Positions 20,700 through 31,078 of a stretch of DNA of 64,000 nt are shown here, piece after piece. The notes below the pieces were generated by a model. It was not told the origin of the DNA. It worked only from the letters and a program-made list of their open reading frames with translations, and did not search any database. Source of the DNA: Carpediemonas membranifera BICM (Eukaryota; Protista; Fornicata); assembly GCA_019828565.1 (NCBI GenBank), contig JAHDYR010000046.1, positions 6,438 through 70,437 of the forward strand, read 5' to 3'. The position numbers and the translations under genes are program-made. The number at the start of each line of letters is the position of its first letter. Positions within the stretch are counted from its first letter, which is position 1.

Positions 20700-23264
20700 C
20701 TATCTTCTCGGGCGAAGATTGTGCCCAGTCCTCCTCATCAGCTCCTCCGCTCGCTGCTCACTGTTGCACAGATTGCAGATGCAGAGAGTCTCATCCAGAC
20801 CACTGTCCGCCGTCCTTACACAAATCGTCTTGGCTGTCTCGTCAACAGTGATGAGTTCCCGGATCTCCTCCGGCTCCTCACAGATACCCTTGACCCATCC
20901 ACTAAACAGCGCATTCAGCGACTGTTGGCTCGCCTCCCTATCCCAGTTGGGTACCTTAGTTAATAGACGATTTCTCCAGGCGGCACACCGGTCGGCATCA
21001 AATAGACACGAGCAGAATGTGACAGACTTACACTGCCTTGCAATCGGCAACACCATACCATGCTTTCTCGATGAGCCACGGCGGGTGTAGTGAGCAAGGA
21101 CACGACCGACCATTGTCTTCTGAGCCAGGAAGCCGAGAACCCAAGATCGATGCTTGTCCACTCGCAACTGGGCATTGATGAGGAAATCACGTTCGAAGTA
21201 CTCCTCAAGCAAATAGAACATCGGAAGCCGCAGTTTCGAGTGAACCTTGGGCAGAACTGACACCACTGCATTCAGATATAGCGAGCCGGTAAACTTGGGA
21301 GAGTAAGTCAGTCTGAGACCATCATTGAGCGTCGTAGCAACCGAGGAGCGACTCGATGGAAGGTCATAGAACAACGTCAAGACATGGAACATGATGAACG
21401 TAGAAAAGGACGCCGCGTGATGGAAAGCGATTGTCTGGTGTGTCACGTGGTCAGAGGAGTAATACAACGCCTGTAACTTGGCTGTAAGGAGTATGAAGGG
21501 CTGGAGTGACTGGTCAAACTCCTCAAGGTGCTCGTTGACTAGTGTCGCGAGCTTTCGTCTGTTCCAGCTCTGCTCGTTGCAGCCAGTTGTCCGCGTGAAC
21601 AGCTTTTCAATCTGCTCAAGTGTGTGCACGTTCTGACCAGCGTGTTGAACCTTGACAAGGCCAAGCAGCGTCCAGAAGTCCTTCATAAGATAGTGACTCA
21701 CATGCATGACAGGTGGAATGAACGTGACATCAGCGTACTTTGTGAGCACGTGAAGTGGGCCATCTATCTCGTTGGCATAGGTCAGACAGCAGACATCTCG
21801 GTGACCATCGCGGGACCCAAACCGTGTCATGTCTTTCACGCCACCAGCGTCACGAAGACGGATGCTATCTGCGATTGTCCAGCGATCGCAACGATTGGCA
21901 AACGGGTCGCTTGCGACCTTTCCCATGTGTAGGGAGGAGAATGGAGAGCGGTAGTATCGTCCCCGCTTGACGCCACTAACAATCTGCAACGCTTTGTGAT
22001 CGCCGCAGATCCCGAGCAGGCTGATGACAACACGACTGCGTGGGAGCAACGAACTGTCACCACATGCGAAGGGGATACCAATGAGCTTGTTCATTAGCCG
22101 CTGTACATCATCAAAGAACGAAGGAATGAGCTTCTCTGTGCCCTGAAATGTAAGAAGCGTCATGGGTGGGGTAATCTTCTGTGGTAGGGCTGCTCCCTCG
22201 CGATCAATTATGCGATATTTGACCGCCGTACAGTCGGCCCGATATCCATCAAACCATAGGAGCATCTCAAGACCATAAGCCTCCTGTCGGCTCTCCGGGT
22301 TAATAGTGACGGATTGAACGAACTTGCTTGACTTGATATCGCGCTGAACTCGGTCGGGGAACTTCAGCATGAACTTAATCTGGGCGACAGGGTCATAGGA
22401 CAGAGCGCTGATCACCATCCGGTGAGATTTATTTGTTCCACGCGGAATGATGCCCATGTTCCGGCATAATCTCTGAATCTCCGGCAGCTTGGATGGATCA
22501 TCATGCGAAATGTATAGCCGTGACTCCCCCGATATCTTCTCGAAGTGGTGAGCGAAGAGGCAGTCGTGTTCATCGAGAGTCTCTTGCAGGTCGGTGTGGG
22601 TGGTTGGGTCATATAGGACGTAAAAAGCCTCCGCGACTTCCACGCTACGCGTGAAACCGGCTCCTGCTTGACATTGAAGCTCTTGGTTAGACACCCCATC
22701 ACGCCCAGAGACATCGGGCTGCTCAGGAGTGAACGCGTTGACGTCCTCGATCAGTGTTGGGTCTGATATAACAGATCGTATGGCTGGGATGGACAGCAGG
22801 TCATACCCAAGATTCTGGAGACTGTCTACCACCGGTGGAGTGTGAATTCCAAGGCGAACTCCCATGTCGGAGGCCATTGAAACAAATGCATGGCGGAGTC
22901 GGTCGTAGCGATTCTTCCCTAACTCGACGGCACAGATAATTGCCATGGCCGTGTATAGGCTCTTCGTCTTCGCCTCGTTGTCGACTCGCGTAACAGTCAC
23001 ATGAGCAGTGCTGTGATTCCTCATCAATGCGCTCCAATCAGCATTAACGACTGCACTACGTAACGTAGCATCACTATGTGTCACCCTCAGTGGACATGAC
23101 GTCAGGAAATCTCGGAGAATGCGCAAGCACTGCTCCTTGCTGTCTAAACGAAACGATTTGTCGCGGTTTCGGAGCAGAAACTCGTCTAAGACAGCGGTGA
23201 TGATAGATCCAAGAGAACTGTCCGCCCCATAGGTGATGACGACTTCCCAGTTCTCGAAACGCAT
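20700..23264 (-). CDS. Putative DDE transposase (CMC/Transib-like by motif pattern), 854 aa
   Basis: Longest intact ORF, next to the TIR; LLWFDG, LLGICGDHKAL, PPVMH and LLEEYFERDF resemble the D...D...(H)...E spacing of RAG1/Transib/Chapaev-type transposases. Confidence 0.55.
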   Translation of the reverse strand: MRFENWEVVITYGADSSLGSIITAVLDEFLLRNRDKSFRLDSKEQCLRILRDFLTSCPLRVTHSDATLRSAVVNADWSALMRNHSTAHVTVTRVDNEAKTKSLYTAMAIICAVELGKNRYDRLRHAFVSMASDMGVRLGIHTPPVVDSLQNLGYDLLSIPAIRSVISDPTLIEDVNAFTPEQPDVSGRDGVSNQELQCQAGAGFTRSVEVAEAFYVLYDPTTHTDLQETLDEHDCLFAHHFEKISGESRLYISHDDPSKLPEIQRLCRNMGIIPRGTNKSHRMVISALSYDPVAQIKFMLKFPDRVQRDIKSSKFVQSVTINPESRQEAYGLEMLLWFDGYRADCTAVKYRIIDREGAALPQKITPPMTLLTFQGTEKLIPSFFDDVQRLMNKLIGIPFACGDSSLLPRSRVVISLLGICGDHKALQIVSGVKRGRYYRSPFSSLHMGKVASDPFANRCDRWTIADSIRLRDAGGVKDMTRFGSRDGHRDVCCLTYANEIDGPLHVLTKYADVTFIPPVMHVSHYLMKDFWTLLGLVKVQHAGQNVHTLEQIEKLFTRTTGCNEQSWNRRKLATLVNEHLEEFDQSLQPFILLTAKLQALYYSSDHVTHQTIAFHHAASFSTFIMFHVLTLFYDLPSSRSSVATTLNDGLRLTYSPKFTGSLYLNAVVSVLPKVHSKLRLPMFYLLEEYFERDFLINAQLRVDKHRSWVLGFLAQKTMVGRVLAHYTRRGSSRKHGMVLPIARQCKSVTFCSCLFDADRCAAWRNRLLTKVPNWDREASQQSLNALFSGWVKGICEEPEEIRELITVDETAKTICVRTADSGLDETLCICNLCNSEQRAEELMRRTGHNLRPRR

Positions 23265-23409
23265 TGCTTCAATAGCAATAGGACAAATTTACAAAGTAAA
23301 TACACAAATGTGCTGATGTAGGGCATGGTGGCGGATCTGGCGCTGGTGGCGGACGTGGAGACACTGGGGGTGCTCCACAACCACGTCCACTGCAAGGGTG
23401 ACTCATGTA

Positions 23410-24007
23410 GAGTCGCCCGAAAAGCAGAAGCATGCGGACAACACAATAGAGGATGATTCAGAGATCGAGACAAGTGGTAAGAGGGTGAGGACTGAGTAAA
23501 TGGATTGCAAATGAGTCTTTTTAATGTCTCACCACCTGTTTGGGCCTCAGCGCTGTCGTTCAGGCCAATCCACGTTTGTGGATCCGTGCATTTTATGGCT
23601 TATCGACCGGACATCTCCTGAACTGAGCGCCAGGGGGCGGAGGTGGCGTTGGCGTGGGGCGTGGAGGCGCTGGGGGCGGGGGTGGCGTTGATATTGGGCA
23701 ATTACATAAAGTGCACGGTGCTTGGAATTTCATTCCAACCTCAAAATGGCGGGAAAGCATTATTGGAAGGAACTAGTGGCAGCTATGCGGTTCTTTATAC
23801 TGCAAAAGCAACCAGCTGTCGTCAAAAGCGCGCCATCTACCATCAATAACCAACATCTGCGTTGCACTCCACTGTTCTCGGTCGTTAATGCACAAAATCA
23901 CTAAACAACATCAAAAGGACTGTTCATACGTTATTAAACATTGCTTGCTACTTCTGTTTCATCTTATTGTCGTTTACAGCTGTGTTGTCCTCAACAAATG
24001 CCAAGAC
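23410..24007 (+). repeat. Internal repeat module R1 copy a, preceded by a duplicated 3' end of ORF 31079..31798
   Basis: 23410..23958 is the near-exact inverse of 30619..31168; the module is also at 36124..36636 and 38074..38455. Confidence 0.9.
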
Positions 24008-24097
24008 GGAGGCAACGCTGTCCGGGCCATCTGTGTCCATGACACTCACGCCTGTTCTCATTTCACAGATGAAAGACAGCCGAACACATCAAACCAT

Positions 24098-24812
24098 TTA
24101 CTTCCTCCCCTTCCTTGTCTTCGGCACACTCTCTTCACCAGTGCCATCTGACAGAAGCTCCGCCACGAGATACACCGTGGCATGATTACCCGTAATGACA
24201 ATGACCTTCTCGTGGCCCGTCTCCCTGATGGCATCACTGAGTTGAGTCAGACTTCTGAAATCCTGAGGGTAGACCCTTCCGTTGTCGTAAACAGTCGCTG
24301 AGTTGACTATGCGACCATCTTCCTCTTCTCTGCGCTGCAGGACCATGACCTTCTCCTTCTCGAGATGCGTCCAAGCCGAGATAGCAGTGCCTGTCAGCCA
24401 GCCCTGGCCGTTGAACAGCTCGGAAGGGTCCCACCATGTGCCCCTGACCTGGCCCTCGGCCTTTTTGGCCATGGATTCCTCGGCGTGTTCTCTCAGATGA
24501 TTTTTTTGAAATGTTTGATTCGATTCTTACCCAGTACTTGGCCGTGCTTAATGTCGTTGAGCGAATGAGCGATGCAGGCTCCGTCACGGTGAATCTCCTT
24601 GGCAGGGCAGGTCAGGATCCTGTCGATCGCGGTTTGTACGTCGAAGACCAGCTCAGGCTCATGCTCGTTGTCACTGATCGACACGACTGACATATTGTCG
24701 TCATCTTCCGGCCCACGCACCACCGTGTCAGGCTCCTCCTCGTCTGCCTACTTACCCTTCTTCTCCTCTGTCTCCACCTCCTTGTCCTCCTTCTTCTCCG
24801 TCTCAGCCTTCT
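24098..24812 (-). pseudogene. Disrupted OTU-like protease gene or fragment
   Basis: Acidic tract, IHRDGACIAHSL (DGxC), GWL...AISAW, GNHATVY; in-frame TAG near 24750 and frameshift near 24500. Confidence 0.6.
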
Positions 24813-24858
24813 CCTAAACGTACACAGTCGAACGCACTACAAAGGCATATCCAAATCT

Positions 24859-26578
24859 TTATTCAATCTCAACGACCTCGCACTTCTTCTGGTACAGCGT
24901 GGCGTGAGCCGGATCGCCTTCGATGACAATAGCGAAATTATCTGTCAACCCCCACAAGTCTGCATCGGGTGCAAGCATGGTGGTGCCATCAAACAGGTAT
25001 AAGATGGCGGAGATGCCTTGCATGCCGTTGTATCCGTCGTATGACTGGACAACAAGGATGTTCCGCTTCTGCTTCCTTGCCCAGACTCGGATGGCGTTCG
25101 AGTTATAGTAGCCGGAGTCCGGATCTGTCAGGCTACGCTCCGTGACATTCTTCTTAGACCAGTACTTGGCCTTCACTGACTGGCAGAGGCCACGCTGCCA
25201 CTTTTCGAAGTCGCCATCAACTCGGCCACCCAACTCAATGGCTTGGAGACAATATGCAACGCAGTTGCCGTCACTCTTGACATGAATCGCGGTACAGTTA
25301 GTCGTGAGAGCCTCCACGTTGATGCACGTCTGCACCGCGGCCTCAGAGGTGATGCGAGTCTGAGTCTCCGGCTCAGTCTGGATGCAGGCGTCGCATGTGT
25401 TCACCGTCTCCTCTTCTGCCTCACCCCTCTTCTCCTTCGCCTCCTCCTGCTCCTCCTCTGTCTCCTCCTCTGAGTCCTCAGGCCTGGCCTTCTCGGGCGT
25501 GATGAAGAGGGCCTTGCGCTTCACAGACATGGAGGCCTCGGGCTCGTTCGTAGCGCGTCGGGGGCAGGAAGTCCTGGAGAGCGTGCCAGACTGTGGCGGC
25601 ATGGGGCTGGCGGCGAACGAAACATCGCAGGAAGCAAGGTACCCAACGTCATGCTCATGATGGATACGCCTGCACTCAAGAAAATGGTCTCTTCTCTCGT
25701 CAGTCACCTGCTTCTTCAGCCGCTCGACCTGCTCCTTGAGAGATTGGATCTCCGTCTTCTGAGCAGAGATCAGACTGGCTGTCACGCGACGTACGACTCG
25801 AGCTTCAGCAGGGAGTCTCGTGGTCAACGTCTTCTCGCCAGTAAGCGCCTGAGTATCGATCTGGTCGGCCCAGAGATAGCGCTGAAGCACGTGGTCGGCG
25901 TGATCCTCGCCGGGACAGGGGGCGTTATCCCTGCGGGCCCGCACACGACGAGTACCGCAGATCTCATCGTACACTCGCTCCCATACCACGTCATACTTGG
26001 ACTCGCGCGTGTATTCCATCTCCTTTTCCAACTCCTTTCGGTCTTCCTCATCGGCCAGCTTCATCATCTGAACCCGAGTACAATCCCTGATGTCCTCGTC
26101 CTCCTCCTTCGCGAGTTCACACTCAAGCCTAGCGTTTGTCTTCATTCTAGCCTCACGAATGCTCTTCTTCACCCGAATACGCGCGCTCTCCACCTCGCCG
26201 TCGTACAGGTGCGTGAAGGTATCCCCGCCGAGGACCTGCTTCAGTGTTTTCTTGTGTTCCCCTGTGACCCTTTCACCCTCATTCAATTTCATCGTCGCCA
26301 TAAACTGCGCCTTAAGGTCCTTCTTCATATCTTCCGTCTCCTGGCGCGTGAGGCGGAAGAACGTGGCAATACGCTTGAGATTAACACCTGTGTAAACAAT
26401 TTCGCTCAGTAACGTACGTTCCTTGATCACAGTAGCGAGTAAATCGCGCCTAGGCAGCAAAAAGCGCGCGAAGGACGTCGCATTTGCCTTTAGCGCTTGC
26501 AGCTGCATTGATCTTGGTCATTAGCTCCTTCTTATCGAACTCAGTGGCTTCTTCCAGCCAAGTGAACAAGTCTAGCAT
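24859..26578 (-). CDS. Coiled-coil/acidic protein with C-terminal OTU-like cysteine protease domain
   Basis: VKSDGNCVAYCL ... DPAHATLY. The probable ATG is at 26578 by homology to 58206 (frameshift near 26460); probable 30-nt intron at 26388..26417. Confidence 0.75.
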
Positions 26579-26898
26579 CGTATATCGCCAAGAGACGTTA
26601 AATGGTTACTAAAAGTTTATGTATATCGCCTGCGGCTTGTAAGCACTCACACCGTGACTACCACCAGCCGTCATCACACCCCTAGCCCTACCCACACGTC
26701 CATTCTCGCCGATGCTGATTAAATCGTCCGGCCAGCGAGCCGGGGCCTTTCGCAAATTTAATATGGCCAAGAGACGTTATCTGCGGCTAAAACGAGCCCC
26801 ATATAACCCCCTATGAAGTTATACGGAGAAATCATCGCCGATTTTCACGTTTCGGCGAGCTCCGGCCAAGGGGTCCAGGAGTCAGCTTTTGGGGGAAG

Positions 26899-27825
26899 GT
26901 CTGTGGTGCTATAACGTACCTCGGGACGTACTGTGGAGGCCCCTAGAGTACTCGGTCATGGCATGTCAGACCAAGGGTCCCTCAAATCTGGCCCCATTCA
27001 GGATGCACCCCCTAAATGTTCCGTTGCAAGCGTCTGACGGAGGTTCTCTGGATACCGACCAAGATGGAGGTCACGTGGATCAACGGACGATAATTGCGGT
27101 ATTCTGGCCATGCCTGGTACTCTCAAATCATCTATACTGCTCTGTGGTTCATTTATTGTTCATATCGTATGGTCCTGATGGACTTATGATGATTGATGTT
27201 GTTTAGGGATTATTGTTGCTTTAGTGATGCTCTGCGCCCGCCAACTGATGTTTCTTAGTGTTGTGTACATGCCTACTACGTTAAAGCCGCCAGTATTCTT
27301 TCTATTCTTAAGTTCGCCATTTCAATCTCGTTGCGAGCATAAAGTGCGCGAATGCGCGGGTCAGTTCCCCCGTTTTCAGCGAAGCTGATGCGACAAAACA
27401 GAGGCAAGCGAATCCTTACACCTCAGGCGTTGCCAAGAGGCCGTTGTCTGCCAGGATCTATAAGCAGTGATGAGATATACGGATTTCAGACTTTCTGCCT
27501 GCACGACCTCAAATGTTGACTCCCCTCGGCACCGAAAAGGCACCTATATCCATGAATACCCTCTACAGTGATGTATCCACCCGATAAATGGATTTCAAAT
27601 TTGTCGGGTCTCATGATAAATGGATTTCAGACTTTCGTACTGTTGGCCATCTGAGAATTTATGAACGACCTCTAGAATATTTTGAAATGCAAGAACGTGC
27701 CTATGGCACTCTTTTGTACCCCTGAACACGGTTTGACCACTGTTTTGGGCATTTGGAGAGATTCGAATTTTTGTGCATGACGAAAGTCTGAAATCCGTAT
27801 ATCGAGGGAAGGAAGCCCGCAGGAG
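26899..27825 (+). repeat. ~0.93-kb non-coding block near-identical to 58416..59343, between divergent OTU and YR-like genes
   Basis: Direct sequence comparison; contains a perfect 22-bp inverted repeat at 27474..27495 / 27782..27803. Confidence 0.9.
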
Positions 27826-29034
27826 ATGGAAACAACCATGGAAGCTGTGAAGAATGCTTGGTTGTGCACCATCAGTAAGAAATCTTCCCGGAAAGCGGCT
27901 GCAAACAACCTTTCACGGTTCGTTCAATTCTTACAACGTGAGCGAGGGAGTACCGAGGACGAAGCGCTCTCCGTGATCCGGTCCGAGGAGGTTAGATCGC
28001 TTGTGCCCGGTTTTGCTGCATCATTGAACAAGGCAACCGCTGCTGTCACTCTCAGTGCCGTCAACTCATTCCGAAACTCCGGCAGAGACAATGTCAAGCC
28101 GCTTGGGCAGTTTGAGCCTGTCGCATCGGAAGCTATTGTCCGACTAGTCTTCCCCTACAATGTGCTGGCTCTTATCATCAGCCACACGGGCATGACAGCT
28201 ATTTCCGCCCGCGATATTGACATCAGTGAGCGAGCTCTTCAGCTTCCCGAAGAGCTCGCTGCCTGGATAGTATTCTCCAAGGCCTCATCCGCACTGTCTC
28301 ATGTAGCGCCGAGCACCTTCTCGGAGGCTCTCAAGCAGGTCGGGCTCAGTGTCAACCAGCTTCGCTATGCGCCCCCGGTGCATGTCGATGTCAACCAGCT
28401 TAAGACGCGGGAGATTGAGAGAGAGAGACGGACTGGCAGGCCCAGAGACTTGACCAAGGTTCGGAAGGTCATTATGGACAAGCGCATCAGCCTCACCGAT
28501 GATCAGTTCCGCCACCAGCTGGCAAACAGCCACCTGACGACCCTGCAGCGCCCGACGATCTTTGATCTCAACCCGGAGATCACAAGCTCTGCCGACCTGG
28601 TGCCGCCGATGCTCGATGGCTGGCTTTACAACAGGCTCAAGGCCAGAATGATCGAGCTTCACGATACTAAGAAGAAAGAGAGGCAGAGCGAGGCTGACAA
28701 GGAGGCGGAGTTCGGCTCGCTGACTCGCGAGACAGAGATGCCAGAGGGCGAGAGAGAGGGCGATACTGACGAGGAGGCGGTGTCCGACGAGCCAGCTTAC
28801 CAGGCAGAGTGGATGCACTACGAGGTGCCAGCTCGCGAGGAGAGCGAGGAGGGCGCCTTTGGTGAGGAGGTGGACTTATGCAAGAGTGCCGATGAGGAAC
28901 CAAAGATCGACCACGACGAGCATGGCGGGGAGGTGGCGGGCAGAGATGGTGATGGGGAGATTCAAGAGAATGTGATTGATGAGGAGCGCTCAGAGAGCGA
29001 TACTGCCGACAGTATCGTCTTTTCCTTCATCTGA
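27826..29034 (+). CDS. Degenerate tyrosine-recombinase-like protein with acidic tail, 402 aa
   Basis: Core-binding-like NLSRFVQFL...KATAAVTLSAVNSF; box-I-like LIISHTGMT; box-II-like SVNQLRYA and QLANSHLTTLQRP; paralog at 59323..60711. Confidence 0.55.
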   Translation: METTMEAVKNAWLCTISKKSSRKAAANNLSRFVQFLQRERGSTEDEALSVIRSEEVRSLVPGFAASLNKATAAVTLSAVNSFRNSGRDNVKPLGQFEPVASEAIVRLVFPYNVLALIISHTGMTAISARDIDISERALQLPEELAAWIVFSKASSALSHVAPSTFSEALKQVGLSVNQLRYAPPVHVDVNQLKTREIERERRTGRPRDLTKVRKVIMDKRISLTDDQFRHQLANSHLTTLQRPTIFDLNPEITSSADLVPPMLDGWLYNRLKARMIELHDTKKKERQSEADKEAEFGSLTRETEMPEGEREGDTDEEAVSDEPAYQAEWMHYEVPAREESEEGAFGEEVDLCKSADEEPKIDHDEHGGEVAGRDGDGEIQENVIDEERSESDTADSIVFSFI

Positions 29035-29198
29035 CATTGTAAAGAGGAAGAGTTTATGATTGGAGCATAGCTGATGTCCATAAACACCATTCATAAGCCA
29101 GTCCTGGCTTGTTTTCCACTGCTACTTCTCTCGTTGCGACGCACAGCTAGCTGTCGCGAAATGCACTTTAAGACCGAATTTCACACAGCTACCTGTGC

Positions 29199-30504
29199 AT
29201 GGTGTTCGAGCTAGATAGCGACAAGCTGGAGCGACTTACTTCCTTACCTGGTAATAGTAGACAATATCTGCACGACTTTGAACCTGAAAAGCTGCAGGTC
29301 GTGATCAAAGTTGATGAGCATTATGGTATGGAGGTTCCCACCCTGCTAGCGCTCAAGGACAGTCCGCATGTCCTCCCTGTCGTCGATACAGGTTTTGTCG
29401 ACCGTGATCCAGCCTTCATGGCTCCTTTGGTCAACTGTACCCCCTTCGCTGGCATCTGCAAGGCTCACTCCAGCGTGCAGTTCCGCTATGTTTCGCATCT
29501 GCTGCAGGCAGTATGCTACATGCATGACCACGGGGTTGTCCATTGCGATATTAAGCCAGACAACTTCCTCTTCAGCAAGAGTCAGAAGGGATACCTCATT
29601 GATTTTTGGGTCTGCAATGAGGAAGCCGGCTAATGGCGACGACAGGTGGGCCATACAACTGAGATTCGCATCCGAGTATCGCGGCACCCATGGATATTTG
29701 CCCCCAGAGCTTTTCTACGAGTACCTTGTCTCGCGCTCAGTGATTCCTGCTGCACGCGACACCTCCAAGCTCGCGCGCATGACGGCAGGGGCTCTTTCCG
29801 TCACTTCTTATGTCGTGACACCTGCATCGGACATTTACTCTTGCGGTATTGTCATTATGATGCTCGTTAACGGTCTCTCTAAGTCCCCCTTTGCCGCGAA
29901 GGTGACTGACATGGGTGCAAACATGGCGCAGATCGACAACAAGAAGAAGAAGAAGATGCTGAAGCTTGGTAGCTTGCTGAACTGGTGCCAATTCTATGGT
30001 GGGCAGTTGCAGTTGTCACCTCAGGCACAGACACATTTCAAAGATTGCCTCGAGTGTGTCAACGTGAACTCTGAGCTCCCGATTCGCGGCACCACGCCAC
30101 CTACTTGTCTCAGCCTGTACGACCTGGCAATGCAGATGCTCCACTTCGACCCTGCGAAGCGTCCCACTGCTGCCGAATGTCTTGACAAGCTCAAGGTCAT
30201 CATGCGCGTGCATGAATGCGTCGCCAAGCCGAGTCCGCTTCTGTTAGATGATACAGAAGAGGTCACCCTGTCTGCAGCTCAGCGAAAGAGACTGACCGAC
30301 TGCTGTCAGCGAGGGTTTGAGGGTCAAGTCTTCTATCGGCGCTGCATAGTGTGTGGTAGAGACCTTCATGGACGCGAGAACGTCAGCTGTGACACATGCC
30401 ACAAGGGATACAGGCAGGTGAGCACCAATAAGTGCGCAAAAGGTGTGCGCGGAAGACTGCACAGGCAGTTTATTGCAATGATTGAGCGGACGAAAAGAGA
30501 TTGA
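29199..30504 (+). CDS. Ser/Thr protein kinase (possibly CDC7-like) with C-terminal Cys-rich domain; 1-bp T-run frameshift at ~29605
   Basis: VIK, HCDIKPDNFLF, IDFG (after frame repair), GTHGYLPPE, DIYSCG, FDPAKRPTAAECL, CIVC..CDTC. Confidence 0.85.
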
Positions 30505-30618
30505 TACTTTCTGTGATGCAGGAATGAGATCAATGCTGCTGACAGGTCTCGAGATGGCAGAGGTGCTGGAGAAGAGAGAGCAGAAACAGAATCAGAAGTA
30601 AATGTCCTAAGGAGATGT

Positions 30619-31078
30619 AACAGAAGTAGCAAGCAATGTTTAATAACGTATGAACAGTCCTTTTGATGTTGTTTAGTGATTTTTGTGCATTAACGACCGA
30701 GAACAGTGGAGTGCAACGCAGATGTTGGTTATTGATGGTAGATGGCGCGCTTTTGACGACAGCTGGTTGCTTTTGCAGTATAAAGAACCGCATAGCTGCC
30801 ACTAGTTCCTTCCAATAATGCTTTCCCGCCATTTTGAGGTTGGAATGAAATTCCAAGCACCGTGCACTTTATGTAATTGCCCAATATCAACGCCACCCCC
30901 GCCCCCAGCGCCTCCACGCCCCACGCCAACGCCACCTCCGCCCCCTGGCGCTCAGTTCAGGAGATGTCCGGTCGATAAGCCATAAACTGCACGGATCCAC
31001 AAACGTGGATTGGCCTGAACGACAGCGCTGAGGCCCAAACAGGTGGTGAGACATTAAAAAGACTCATTTGCAATCCAT
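30619..31078 (-). repeat. Internal repeat module R1 copy b
   Basis: Near-identical to the other R1 copies; lies between the convergent kinase and 239-aa genes. Confidence 0.9.

Noticed and set aside
23643-23904. Short ORFs in R1 (MEFHSNLK..., MALAWGVEAL...) repeated in each copy
   Set aside because: They have non-ATG starts, different lengths and ends in each copy, and no domain features; treated as non-coding.
27826-29034. YR-like gene as the mobilising enzyme (Crypton/Starship-like)
   Set aside because: The catalytic Arg, His and Tyr positions appear substituted, and TIRs plus a TSD indicate DDE-type transposition.
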